From assembly GCF_009834535.1 (NCBI RefSeq), contig NC_045696.1, forward strand, positions 46,068,001-46,132,000: a stretch of 64,000 nt of DNA. Reading direction: 5' to 3'. The translations under genes were made by a program, and so were the position numbers. The notes under the pieces were generated by a model, which was not told where the DNA came from, made no database searches, and saw only the letters and a list, made by a program, of their open reading frames with translations. Shown here one piece after another: positions 1 to 12,650 of this stretch; position 1 is the stretch's first letter, and every line of letters begins with the position of its first letter. Source of the DNA: Camelus ferus (Eukaryota).

Positions 1-244
1 GGGAGGAGGTTTTCATTATAAATTGTTTCTTGGGTTACAAAACGACATAAATTTATCAAACACATTTCCAATTATGTGCTAAATTTACCTTTCACATTTC
101 AAAAAGTGCTCCTAGTCCTCATATTCTAAAATCTGATAACCAAATATCAGCATTTTCAGGACTTTGATGATTGATTGATTGATTGATTTTTTTTTTCCAT
201 TTTAACTTCTCTAAGTCCTTCAAAACTGAAAAGACAGTATACCC

Positions 245-450
245 TAGTGCTTAAAGCTGTAACAGTCAGGTTTCCAGACCCAGCTCTGCCATGGAGTAAA
301 AATGGAGTCCTTCAGCAGGCGACTTTATTCTCTACTTCAATCCCCTCACCTTTAAAATTGAGTAGTAATAGCAAGAAGCTCATCTGGCTGTTGCGAGGAT
401 TTTACACTGGTTAAAAGATGCATTCACAACATACTATCCATTATTATTAT
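245..450 (+). mobile_element. MIR SINE fragment
   Basis: Degenerate MIR core: cccagctctgcca...ctcacctttaaaattgagtagtaatagc...tgttgcgaggatt. Boundaries approximate. Confidence 0.6.
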
Positions 451-1020
451 GAATGTTAATTTCTTTCATCTGGTCTTAAATGGGTGGCATTTTCTGAGGA
501 CTCAATCCCTTCTACTTTTATCCACTTTTACCTATTAGCACCATAGTTTAAACTGGTTGTATGTCAAAAAAGAATTAGTTCCAACCCATCATTTGGAGAA
601 TGATGCAAGAGCTGAGAAATAAAGCAGAGAGCTGAGTCCAATGGGCAGAACCTGCTCTAACCAGATAACAGTACAGGCAGAGGGGGAAGAATGTGATTAA
701 GAGGGCTGTTGGGTTAAAGAGAAGAGCCACACAGGTCTGAATAGCAATATTAGTAGGCAAGAAGTCCTCTTTTCCTGATATTCCTCCAAATAAACAATGA
801 AGGGTTTTTTTCCACTTTTAGAGATCTATGAATGGCTTAGAAAAATGTCACATTTGTCACATTTGATCATATTGCAGTATTGGCTACTAAGCAAAACAGT
901 TTCCAATAACTGACAAGATAACTCTAGAGGTTCTCAAGCAAACTTTCTCTCCTCAGAGCTACAAAATTTTTCTGTATTTTCACTGTCATATGATTCATAA
1001 ATGTTTTAATTATATTAAAG

Positions 1021-1073
1021 ATATATCTATCTATATCTATATCTATATATACATAGATATAGATATAGATATA
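1021..1073. repeat. AT-rich compound microsatellite (ATCT/ATATCT/ATATAG)
   Basis: Read directly from the sequence. Confidence 0.85.
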
Positions 1074-1224
1074 TTTTACTTTTAGGCTAAATCTCCTATG
1101 GAGAGTAGTACGTTTTCTCCACATCTTGTCAGGATGGTAGGAACAGCAACCACTGAAAATTCTGCCCACAAATACTCATAAACCTAACACCACTCCTATA
1201 CACACCCTTCAACGTTGTCAAAGC

Positions 1225-1355
1225 TCTTTTACTTATATTATCTCATTGCCTTCACAGCAACCAAACAGAAGGGAGGGAAATCTATTTTCCCAATAAATGA
1301 AGAAACTGAAGCCCAGAGAGATTGTTTCTCTGATCTCTGATGCTTCTTTCCATCA
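1225..1355 (-). mobile_element. MIR fragment
   Basis: aaatgaagaaactgaagcccagagag is the reverse MIR core. Confidence 0.55.
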
Positions 1356-1639
1356 CTGACCCTGGGTCTTATTTCTAGGCTACCCCACAACCACTATACA
1401 TTTGGCGACGCTATTAACATGGCTTGTGTGTGTTCTCTCCAGCTCTCATCTTGATGACAAAATTTTCTGGCCTAGGACTCATTAAATTCTAACTCAGTGC
1501 CAGAGTTCCCAAATAAAATTGTCATGGGTAACTTAACCTCAGTCTTCCTACCACCTCATGGTTACTTATGTGCATGTCATCTGCCCCAGTGAATTAGATT
1601 AGAAACTAAAATAACAATAACAATAATAATAATAACTGC

Positions 1640-1830
1640 AAGGCAGAAGTATGATAAACCTTTTATTTACAATATATTTTATCCTCACAACAATGTTGCA
1701 AAGTAAGTTATCTATATATATATTTTTATTTTATACACAAGGAAACTGGGTCTCAGGGAAGCTATAGAGACATGGTGATAATGTCAGAATTGAAAGCCAG
1801 TTTTGGCTGGTTTCAAAATCCATTGTCTTT
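1640..1830 (-). mobile_element. MIR fragment
   Basis: atcctcacaacaat...ttttatacacaaggaaactgggtctcagggaag matches the reverse MIR core. Confidence 0.6.
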
Positions 1831-1920
1831 TCATGATGACACACTTTTTAAATCTCTGAATTCCCGACATCCAGCATGATGCCTACCACATGGTTATAAA
1901 TCATTAAGAGTATGTTAATA

Positions 1921-2020
1921 GAGGGGAAGGCCTAGCTCAGTGGTAGAGCATGTGCTTAGCATGTACAAGGTCCTGGGTTCAAACCCCAGTACCTTCATTA
2001 AAGAAGAAAGAGTGGAAAAA
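1921..2020 (+). mobile_element. tRNA-Ala-derived camelid-type SINE (Vic-1-like)
   Basis: A box tagctcagtggt, cttagcatg, B box ggttcaaaccc, A-rich tail. TSD aagagtatgttaata (1906-1920) / aagagtgtgttaata (2021-2035). Confidence 0.9.
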
Positions 2021-2366
2021 AAGAGTGTGTTAATAACTAAAGTAAAAGCCAAAAAGACATGTACTTTCTCCTAACCTGATTGGAAATCTCAGCTTTCCTG
2101 TTCAATGCTCACTCCCAGTTTTCTCTCCAGTAGATGCTGCTCCCCTCCACTCCTCTGAATTCAGTGGGCTGGAGGAGTTGGCACTGCATAGACCCCATTG
2201 CTGCTTCCCAACAAGTGCCCATCCCCAGCTTGCAGCACACTTTCTGAGGCATGCTTGAGCATCTGTGTACTTTCCTACATCTTTATCATCATCATCTGGT
2301 GACCTCCAGGACACATTCCCAAGCTCTTTAAAACCTTTAGCACCCAAGGGAAAATCTTCTGCAGCC

Positions 2367-2494
2367 CAACATCTGCTATCTCATCTTTCATAACCTTCTC
2401 AATGTCAAACAACTACAACTGTGATCCACTCAACATCTGCCATCTCATCATTCATGACCTTCTCAACGTCAAACAACTACAACTGTGATCCACT
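2367..2494. repeat. 64-bp tandem duplication, 2 copies, 60/64 identical
   Basis: Copies 2367-2430 and 2431-2494 both start caacatctgc and end gtgatccact. Confidence 0.95.
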
Positions 2495-2842
2495 TTAGCC
2501 ACTCTGCATCTTATCATTTCTTAGAACTGCTCCCCCTACCCCACCCCCCGCCTTCAAGGTTATGATCTTTGCATTTCCTTTCTCTGGCTATAATTACCCT
2601 TACTTCCACCACCAATCTCTCTGTGATTGAACCCTTTTTTCCCTCCACTCTTTTGTCAATAACCCTCACAATCTCCTGCCTCTCTCATACCATTACTCTT
2701 TTCTTCTCCCTCCTGTCTCTTCCCTCTATAACAAATATAATTACTCTTCCATAACCTACAAAGTCTTTCCCACAAGCAGACTTAAATTCAAATTATTCCT
2801 CTATGTCTGCATTTACTACTTGTCCATTTACTTGGAACTTAC

Positions 2843-2940
2843 CAGCTGGATAAATCCACAACTAGTAATTAGCCTCAGCAGTAACAGAGCTATACACAAA
2901 GACTCGTGTATAAGAATGCAATTACGAGTTCTGCATGCTT
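2843..2940 (-). other. Candidate cassette exon of the minus-strand gene
   Basis: Perfect donor CTG|gtaagt at 2843/2842. Acceptor is either ttattacag| (exon start 2940) or tctttgtgtatag| (exon start 2889). Confidence 0.25.
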
Positions 2941-3732
2941 CTGTAATAATGCTTCAGGTACCAGGAATAAAGCAATAATATAACAATATATCTTTGCTTT
3001 AGCAATTGGTTATCCAAATACAAAGCAATCACCATTAAATACACTCTATTCTGTTTTCTTAACTGTCATGAAGAAAACCTGCTTTTGATGTTTCCCAAGG
3101 ACCAATATCATATTTTCAAAATTTCTGATCAAAGAAGGTATATGCTCTCTCTCAAATATAGCTTACCATAAAAGTAAAAAATATATAAATTTATGCCAAT
3201 AAAAATATCTGGTTTACTGCTATTTTCTTACTCATATTTAGCAAGAATTCTTTTCAAAAGCAGGCAGTTGTGATTTTAGTACATTCTGTAAAGATGTACT
3301 TCTAAAGATGAGGAGCAAAGTATTCAAAATTCTTAAGGTTTAGGGTAAAATATGGTTTCTGTTAACTAAATAAGGTGAAGCTTTTAATTTGAGATACAAA
3401 AATTTTAAATTCTGATTTGAATATTCTACACTTATGTAGATTTATTTATATTTATTTTATTTGCTTATATTATGAGGTAAACACAGAGCTAAGAGTGCTA
3501 TGAATAAGGAAGCTTTATTAGTCAAGTTACTATAAAACACCAGTTCCTTTAGGATAATATCAAATTCAAAAAAGGAGCTCATTTATATCCGTAAACATAA
3601 AACTCTCTTGCCTGGCTTGTCTGCCATCAAATAAATACCATCCATCCTAGGTGAACATCTAAGAATAGAGAATAGCAAAACTAGCGACCTCTCTTCTCTG
3701 AGATTGGATCCATTTTCCTCTTCTCTCTGATC

Positions 3733-3750
3733 TACCTCCAGGGGGCAGTA
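3733..3750 (+). promoter_or_regulatory. CTCF-like motif
   Basis: tacctccagggggcagta resembles the CCASYAGRKGGCRS core. Confidence 0.45.
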
Positions 3751-3759
3751 CAATTCTGA

Positions 3760-3990
3760 TGAAGAGCTCTGGAGTCAGACTGCCCCAGCTGAAATCCCTG
3801 CTCTGTCAGTTTCAGTTATATAAATTAGGACAAGTTAGTTAACATAAGCCTTAGTCTCTCATACATAAAATGAAGAGAAAAATAGAACCTATTTCATAGG
3901 ATAGTTTATAAGAATGAAATGAGAAATGGCCAGTATATAAGTTCTCCATCAATACTTGCTAGCTATTATTTTATGTTATCATTATATTAG
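3760..3990 (+). mobile_element. MIR SINE
   Basis: ctctggagtcagactgcc...caagttagttaac...aaaatgaaga...acctatttcataggatagtt. Confidence 0.75.
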
Positions 3991-4284
3991 CCTTTCCTGT
4001 GATATCATCACTATACATAACTTATTCAACTAATATATTTTAAGCACATAATATTTATTAGGCAATGTAGGTAATAACGCTAAAAACATAACCCAACCCA
4101 TCTTCTCCATAAAATCAGTCTAGCAAGGGAAAACAGAAATGTAAATTATAAACGGAACAATGCAGTAAGACCAAAGTACTTCAAGTGTCTTTACCCTCAA
4201 CAGTATAAGTAAGGGGTGGAGGGGCTTCTGGTCATCGCTGATAGAAGAATAGATAGATAAAACTGAGTTGAAAATGAAAAGGCC

Positions 4285-4730
4285 CATCCACTAATCTCCT
4301 GCTTTCCCCTCCCCTAGTCAGGCACCATCCCTAGACGTTTGGACAATCACACATGACCTAGACTCAGCCAATTAGGTGCTCTTAACCAGTCCTTTGATTG
4401 CTGAGAAAGAGAGAGAGATGTCAAGTTGCTCAAATAGCCAGAGAATATTCCTGGCCCACACAGAAAAGGGCAGGGTCTAGCTGTGTGGTGGTAAGTGCCC
4501 AGGGGCATTGATGTCAATGGTAGCAGGAACAGTGACCAGTTCTAAGTAGTGGAGGGAACTCAGCTATGTCCCCAGCTGCTCCTCTTTTGGTTCCCACTCT
4601 CTTTCTGAATCAGATCTCTAGCCCTCTAGCCAATTTGTGAGAAATCCAATATCCTTCCAACAAATTATTTCTCTGCCTAAGTTGGACAAAGGTTATCTGT
4701 TATTTGAAACCAAGAAACCCAATTGGTACC
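4285..4730 (+). mobile_element. Old ERVL-class solo LTR (LTR33/MLT1-like)
   Basis: cacatgacctagactcagccaat near the 5' end; 3' end aaattatttctctgcctaagttgg...tctgttatttgaaaccaagaaaccc. Confidence 0.6.
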
Positions 4731-6176
4731 TTGAATCATCAAGTAAAACTTTCCAGCTTCACTGGGACTGTGGCTCTGGCTTTCCAACTGGCCCCTAATC
4801 ACCATTTTCTTCTATGTTAACTAAGATACTATTTTGCTGCCTTTTTCAGTATAAACAGACTTTATTGTGAAACGTTATCTTAGCAAAATGCATATCAAGG
4901 AAAGTATTGTCTAAATTTTCACTTCGCAAAAGAACCAATTGTTCCTACTTGCCACGCACACAAAAAATCTTCCATGATTCATCCCTTCCACATAAGATTC
5001 TCTTGTTCTTTTAATTTTATGATAAACAATGAAGAAAGCAAAAGATACTGGGAAGAATAATCTAAGGTAATAGAGAAATAAATCATTTATTGGTTTCTTA
5101 AAAGCCAACAACCCACTCCAATCTTTGCTTTCTTAAAATTAGGTTGATCAAGTTGGCATTTAAAAAAAAATCAAATTATCAGTAATTAGACACTTGAAGC
5201 AGAAGCTTAAATTATAGGAACATCTCTTAGCCTGTGGACCACTGTCATTGTTGGAGGATAAACAGATGAAAAACATTGAGTTGAACATGCCCACCCCTTC
5301 AGGCAGCCTCAAGGATACCCAGATGGGAAGCCACACTTTGAGAGTCACTTATGTGAACACTGTACAGAGAAATATCCTGGTACCCTGAACTACTGAAAAA
5401 AGAAAGATTAGCTTTGCTTTGCTATTTGAACTGTAGGGTATACAGGCAACAAAACTTAATTGAGAACATTTAAGAAGACCTTTTCACTTTCATATCCCCA
5501 AATTTCTTCCTCTCCCTCTTTATCACTTCTCAGCTGTCTCCAGATTTTAGCTAGGAGGTCAGAGTTAAACCCTCAGGAATGTGTCTCTCTATAGGCAGAA
5601 ACTTGATTCCCTCTCAAAAAACTCTTGGTAGACCTTGGGAAAACTGCAGTTGCTATCACATGTACAGAGACAGCTTTTGCAGTCTTTGGGCTTTAAATGT
5701 CTGTTTGTTGGACTGCCAAAAGGTTACTGCTCCCTGGAGAACTGAGCCAGTTCCTCTAAACCCCTCCCACTGACTCATATGTTTGTCTGGCTACAGCTGC
5801 TAAAAAAGATGGGAATTTAAAAGCTGCTACACAAGTGCAAAAGCAATAACCAAAACAGTGGCAATATCCTCAGGTCTCAAACAGAAAATATCCTTACTGA
5901 GAAAGGCAAAGTGTCGGGGAAGGGACGTTAGCAAAGAAACAGTGAAATACAGAAGGGATAAAGATGAAAAGGAACAGGAAGGAAATCACTGGTTCTCAGG
6001 GCTGGAAAGTATTTTGCTCTGTGACCTTGCTAATGGCAGTCTCATGGATGTACTTTCTTCTGTCTGTGAATAAATTTTCTTTGACCCAGATTTACATGGA
6101 TAACTTGTCCACTATCACAGTGTTATAATCATATTCTCCAGCAATGCTCAGAGAACTTTTTAAAATTTATTAGTTG

Positions 6177-6180
<4 letters not shown>

Positions 6181-6249
<69 letters not shown>
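6181..6249. repeat. (ATT)23 microsatellite
   Basis: Perfect trinucleotide run read directly. Confidence 0.97.
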
Positions 6250-6872
6250 TCATTGTTACTTCTGGCCTAACAATATTCCAATGAGATAGGACAGAAGGTT
6301 TTTCCTACATAAAGTAAAGATTCCTTAGCTCTCAAATCACTGTACACAAATCCGTGTTTCATTCAGAAGAGCCCAGAAAAAACTGTCAAGTCAGCACCAA
6401 CACTTTGCAGGACTCTGACTCCATTTCTGCAGCTCTACTCTCCCTGCTCCCTTCCACACTCTCGCCCTTGAGTTCTCAAGTTTTCCCATATTTTTCATCA
6501 AACAGGAAATGATCTAATAAGCACTGATGTAATGTGTGAAAGAGAGAAAGTGCTGCCATTCTCGGCAATTCCTCCACCTTCAAAAAGAGACAAAAGGAAA
6601 TTGCTAAGAATGGGACTTTTATTACTAAGTGTGAGAGTTAACTGGAGATGGGAAACCTTCCCTGAAACCCCTCAAATCACACTGCTGAGACATACTGAAG
6701 GTACAGTTCTCTAAAAAAATTCCCCAAATCTTTTCCACTGATGCCTATTATGTCACAAATCCTGCATAACCCATTTGATCCAAAAACAGTTTTAACACTG
6801 CAAAATAAAGTCCATGCCCACAGATTAGAGATGTCATCTTTATAGGGTTTGTTAGAGAAACCTCTGCCTTAC

Positions 6873-6948
6873 CAGAAGCTGTCTCCTCCAAAGCCTTTCT
6901 TCATCTGTTATCAAAAACAGGGGTGTTCTTTCTTAAGACTGATTCAGC
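6873..6948 (-). other. Candidate 76-nt non-coding (5'UTR) cassette exon
   Basis: Acceptor gtgctgtcttag|G, donor CTG|gtaagg. Stops in all three frames. Confidence 0.3.
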
Positions 6949-7364
6949 CTAAGACAGCACTTTAGAATTCCACTGTATCTCATTTTCTTGTTGTGGTTGG
7001 AACCCTGTCACCACCTACAGTTTTGTATGAAAGTCTCTGGTAATAGGTACATCCATGGACAACTCCATTTGATTTTATTTTTAGATCTTACTTAGGTGGG
7101 TCTTGCTTAGGTATCACATCTCCATGGATTCATTTTCTGTCAGTTTCTCAGTATATTTCCACAAAGATCTGAAACTATTTATAACCAGCTTCACTTCCTG
7201 GAAAGTTTTTGCTATTCCAAGGAAACTTCTAAAGTTTTAGAACATCAGTTTGGAACTGGCCACTTCGGCAGTGATCCTTTTTTTTTTTTTTTTTTTTTGA
7301 GGGGAAACGTTTCAAAAACTCACATTTAAATTATCCTAACTAAATTGCTTATTTTATTTTGTGA

Positions 7365-7495
7365 AAGTGTGCCTCCCCAGCAAAACTGTCAACTCTTAGA
7401 AGACAAGAAATATGCCTACCATTCGTTAGTGAGTTAGCTTATATAATCATCACTCCTTCCAGTGCCTAGCACAGCTCCCAGGCACACAGTGGGAA
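7365..7495 (+). mobile_element. L2 3' fragment
   Basis: ccagtgcctagcacagctcccaggcacacagtggg is a typical L2 3' end. Confidence 0.6.
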
Positions 7496-10114
7496 CACAA
7501 CAGCATTCTGATAACTGACCTTGAACTAGGTAGCTCAATATTTAAGGCTGTGTTTGCAATGACCAACATTTTTGTATATACAGACAAATGAAAATGGAGA
7601 TGGTTAAAACAGACAGGGCTATGAAATACAAGCTGTCACTTTGTCTCTTAGCTATGAAATGTGTAAATGTAGAGCTGAGGGGAGGAATTACATTATTCAC
7701 TGTGTAGACACAGACTAATTATACTCTGACTGGTTACTGAATAGTTATGCATCTGAGGAGCTGGGCCCCTTGTGCTTAAAATCACCAGTGAACACATACA
7801 ACAAACATTTGGAAAGTGTTTAAATCACTAGTTTAATCATTCATCATTTACACTACCCACTAGGATCTGTGTTTCAGGAACCAAATCTCTGTTCCCTTTC
7901 TATTTTCAGCACTAGTCCAGCTCCTGACTTAGGATATGCAATTTGATACATTTGTTCACTGCTATTGAAGAACTAGATTGCGTTGCTTGGGGGAATTGCG
8001 GTCTTCAGTAAAGCCGTATTGGACCAGAAGAACAATGATATATGAAAGATAGAAAGCTGGGAGCTGAACAAAACAACATCATTTTTTTATTTTATGTACT
8101 GGACATGTATAACTTCATAATGGAAAATAAAAAGCACTTATAAAAGAATAATTATCAGTGCCTTGTGCTCCCCTGATGAACCAGAGGGCTGATGATTCAA
8201 GAGGTGAAGATCATGGCATAGGAGAAAGTACCATCTCCACTGCACTGAGACAGAACTTTGTTTGCCAGGCTTCCTGCTAACAGAGCAACGACAGAGTACT
8301 TTATTCTCCTCCCTCATTGCCCCTCACCTGTCATCCTCACAAATTATTTGTGGAAATGAACGAGAGCAACCAGGGAATAGCTTCTGATCTCTTTCCATCA
8401 CTAGCAACAAGCATCCCCCAAATCCTGTTCATACTAAATTCTGAACTGGCAGTGGAATAGGCTTAAAACCTGATGTAACACTTGAGATATGAGATTTCAA
8501 AGAAGGGAGTTTTTCTCCAGCTGTGCTGCATCTCCCCATCTGCCAAAATGCTCATGGTTTGACTCTGTGCATTACGAGTTACATTCCTCCCTCTTAAAAC
8601 TATGAGAACCATGTGCCAGAACTCATTAAGAAATTACCCAGTAAACACCCTGGCTCCCAAGTTATTTTCTGACACCAAGTAACTTTCTTTGATCAGTAGA
8701 AATAGTGTATTACATTCAGTATAAACCTTTAAGTAGGAGCCACTGACAAGAAATTCCAACAGATGAAAAGACCAGAATTTCCAAGTTGACCCACAATTGC
8801 TTCTTGATCCCACAGTACACTGTGATTCAAAGAGCTTAATTCATTACTATTTAATTTTGAAAATGTTTCTACACCCAGTTAAAAATATCCTCTTTCATTT
8901 TTCTCTCCTTGAACCTCACAGAGTATCACTGTTCTATAACTTGAAACTATACCTTGGGATTATTTTATTATAGTTCGAAAGTAGATTTCCAGGGATCAGT
9001 AGCCTGCCACTTGTTATTTAATGGTACACAGCACACAAATGGTGCTGTGTGTGCAACCTCCCCACCCCAATCCCACCCTCATTTCCACAGGTTAAAATAA
9101 GCAGTGAGTATAGATAAGAAGAGAAAAATGTCCATCAGCAAAGGACAATCTGGACAGAACATTTGACAGGGAGCAAGGGTAGCTTTTGTTAAGAGAGGCT
9201 ATGAGGAGTTTATTTGTGTTTTCTTTAGAGAACAGAGATATTTTTAGTGTCAATTTGTATGATAACTTTCTTCTATTTTACTGGCTACTTTCCCTAGAGT
9301 TCCTGAGCAGAACAAACCCCAAAATTATGGTGCTCAATAGGACAACCCTGATAAGCTTAGTAACGAATACAACTCTTACAGCAGCATTCAAACTTTTGAG
9401 TAGAAAACACAGAAACAAACTTGTAGTGCCTGTATCAGAATCATGTGGAGAGTTTGGTGCAATTCCTCAAGCTCACACCCACCCCCAGGACACTCTGAAA
9501 TGCACTCATCTTCGCCCACCTGCACCCCCATTAAGAACCATTGCTCTCATAGTTACCGCCCACCCTTGATACCATAACTCAGTCCCTCACTGTTTTGACC
9601 ACCTATTAACTAGCTTTAAGCCATCATTATTATATAGGAACAGGGCTGAGAAAAGGGATCTTGGGGCTGGACACATGTAGCTCATTCATAAGAAGTTTTT
9701 GTTACATTAAAGCCACAAGACTTGCAGGAGAATTTCCTGGCCCACCTGGTGTAGCACACTGGGATGATGTACATTTGCTACAGCTGTGGCCAGACCTTGT
9801 TTCCCCTTAAAATGGTCAAGCACAGCACACAGACTCCCTGATCTGCGGCCTCCAGCAGTGAGCAGCCTCTTCTGTTCACTCCAGAGTGCTGCACAAATAC
9901 CCACAGCTCCATGTGTGCCTAGAGGTTTGGGAAGTTGTAAATTTCAGGAACTACAAATGTTACCAGGTATTTGTGTCACTGCATGTCTCAAAGACTAATT
10001 TCCAAAGAAAAGAAAACAAAACATTGACTATAACTACAGCATCCTATGCAAAAGAATAAAGATACTTGGGGCTATTGGAATCCTTTCTTCATCTTTTACC
10101 TTAAAACCACTTTG

Positions 10115-10410
10115 AAATGCTAAGTGAAAGAAGCTAGACACAAAAGATCATATAATATATGATTCCATTTATGTGAAATGTCCAGAAAAGACATGTCCAT
10201 ACAAACAGAAAGTAGATTAGTGGTTGCCTGGGGCAGGGGTAGGAACAGATTGACTGCAAACGGTCATGAGGAATCTTTTGAGGATGAAGGAAATGTTCTA
10301 AAATTGGACTATGTTGATGCCTACACAACTCTGCAAATTTACTAAAAATCATTGAACAGTGTACTTTAAATGAAGTGAATTTCACAATATGTAAATTATG
10401 TCAATAAATC
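10115..10410 (+). mobile_element. L1MB-type LINE 3' end
   Basis: tgctaagtgaaagaagctagacacaaaag...agtagattagtggttgcctgggg...aaattatgtcaataaa. Confidence 0.85.
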
Positions 10411-10983
10411 TCTTAGGAAACACTTTCAAGTAATACTAAACAATTTACAATTTTAGCCATATTACATAGATTTCTAAACAACAGAAATATATCTGCTATA
10501 AAAAGTAGGTAGCAATATTGATATCCTATCTTTTTCATTTAAAAAAGAAGGTATATTCTAAAGAATGAAAAAAGCATTTAATCTTGAATATGCACAACAA
10601 ATGACTAGAAGGAAATACAAGGAATGCTGTTTCGGGTGAAATTAGAGTTTCCTTACACGGAAATTTTCACTTCTTAATTTACATATTTTTATACTATTAG
10701 ATATTTTTATAAGCAAATATTTTCTTTATTTAAAGATATACAAGTTATCCTTAATATCTGTGCTTTTCTTTGGTCCTCAAACAGACATGTCACCAAGGTT
10801 CTTAGAAAACAAATTATTTGTAATTAAATATTTCAATTCAAAAATAAAAAGATAAAGTATCTGCTGGTTCTGGAAACATGTGATTAAAGAGTTAATGCAT
10901 ACTCTCTTTGTAAAACTGCACTATAGTTATGTTTTACAGAGTGTGCAATGTCTTCTATTAATGGTATATAGATAACTTTAGGT

Positions 10984-11141
10984 CAGAGGTCGGCAAAATT
11001 TTTTCTTAAAGAGCCAAATAATAAATATGCTAGTCTTTGTGGGCCATTCTGTCTCTGTCTCAACTACTCTGCTGTTGTAGGTCACAAGCAACCACAGACA
11101 ATTCATTGATGAATAGACTTGATTGTGTTTGCTGATCCCTG
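10984..11141 (+). mobile_element. MER58A-like hAT-Charlie element
   Basis: Termini cagaggtcggcaaa ... tttgctgatccctg form imperfect TIRs; internal aaagagccaaataataaatat. Confidence 0.75.
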
Positions 11142-12069
11142 TATTAGACGGTAGATTGGATCATTTTTTTTAACACTTGCCTGAATAAGTATTAGAAAAA
11201 TACGACTAGCACACCAAGTCTATGAATTCGTAAGTGTTATTGCTTAGGATAAGACTAAATATATGCAAGTTTTTAAAAGATTAGAAATTTAAAGAAAATA
11301 TTAAGTAGATAATGCAACAGAAGATACCTGAGTATGACAAAAATCATGAAATATATCTGCAAATGATAAACATTTGGGAAAACTACACTTGAGTATAAAC
11401 ATCAATTTTCTGATTAACAATAAACAGTAGAAGAAGAAAATCTCTCCAGATCAGGTAACTCTTAAAATCCAATCCAGTAGTTAAGCCAAAGCTCCTTGAA
11501 AGAAATATCAAAATGCAGACCAAAAAATCCCCCAAAGTAGTGGTCCTTAGTATTTACTGGATCACAGAAATTATGGATGCACTACCCAGAAAAAAAAATA
11601 CGTACTTAAAAACTAAGCTCCTTAGAGCACATCCAAATTCAGAAACTTCAAAAGAGCATCACACGTACACAACAGCATCATTCCCAGGTTTTTTCCAGGC
11701 ACTCCAGTGCACATGACCCGTGCTCGGCGCTGAACTCAGCAAATCAAACAGACAGACCAAGAATACAGTGCCCTGTGGGAACCAGTGCCCTCCTCGCATA
11801 CCAATTGTGATGACACAGGAAACTGTCCAGTGTCAGAATAAAGTACTGTTGCTGCCAAGGACCGCCCTCATTCAATTCAACATGCTGTAATCCAGGTCAG
11901 AAAAAGAACAGGTGTCTAAACCTCTTGACTCTCCCTCCACTTTCCTAAACACAGCCATAATTTCCAAACTGGTAACTTAACCACCATTAAGGTTTTTTTT
12001 TTTCCTACTTGGGAAAATCAGAAGTGAGAAAGGCATATGAGGGTAAATGGTAGCAGGGAAAAGGAGTTA

Positions 12070-12190
12070 AGACTTTTGAGCACCTACATGCTAGGTACTC
12101 TACATATGTTGTTTTACTGAGTGCTTACAACAAATCCACAAGGTAGATATAATTATTTTCATTTTAGAGCAAAAGAAATGGAAATATCTG
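12070..12190 (-). mobile_element. MIR fragment
   Basis: ttgagcacctacatgctaggtactc...cattttagagcaaaagaaatgga. Confidence 0.55.
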
Positions 12191-12319
12191 TCCAGATTTA
12201 TCTCCTCTGTCTCCTTAAGATGAAACTTTCGTATCAGTAATATTGAAAAGTAAATTGTGATCTGTAAATATATCATATTATTTCATGTATCCCTGTTAGA
12301 TTTCCTTAGGCTGCTGGAA

Positions 12320-12650
12320 TGTTCTTTCTACATCTAAATTCAACTACATTGTACTTGGCTTTAAGACTCAGCTTAAGTATGACTTTCCCTGAGAAGCCTT
12401 CCCTAACACCCTCCCCCATTTCCAATTCACACCTGCCTTGGTTTTAGTTCTACAGGCACTACCATTCCACATAGTTCCAAGGTACACTACAGCAATCACT
12501 GGTTAATTTGCCAGTCTCCCCTAGTAGACTAAAATCGCTGAAAACACAGAGATCATTCCTATCTGACTTCTCTCCTCAGAGCTTTAATAGTATGCCTGGC
12601 ACAAAGTAAGAACTCCATAATCTGCAGAATACATAAATAAACAAATGAAC
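12320..12650 (+). mobile_element. L2 3' region
   Basis: aagactcagctt...gaagccttccctaac...tgcctggcacaaagtaag...aataaacaaatgaa. Confidence 0.65.

Noticed and set aside
1921..1995. tRNA-Ala-like genes here and at 44700, 54325 and 60505
   Set aside because: Acceptor stems are broken, and A-rich tails and TSDs are present; these are SINE copies, not tRNA genes.
5392..5413. Strong minus-strand acceptor (gctaatctttcttttttcag|)
   Set aside because: No convincing partner donor downstream, so no exon can be defined.
6290..7270. Possible decayed retroelement or pseudogene coding sequence
   Set aside because: Only short chance-level motif resemblances; many stops and no consistent family match.
9186..9569. 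127-aa plus-strand ORF
   Set aside because: Non-ATG start, no recognisable domain, no splice or promoter context.
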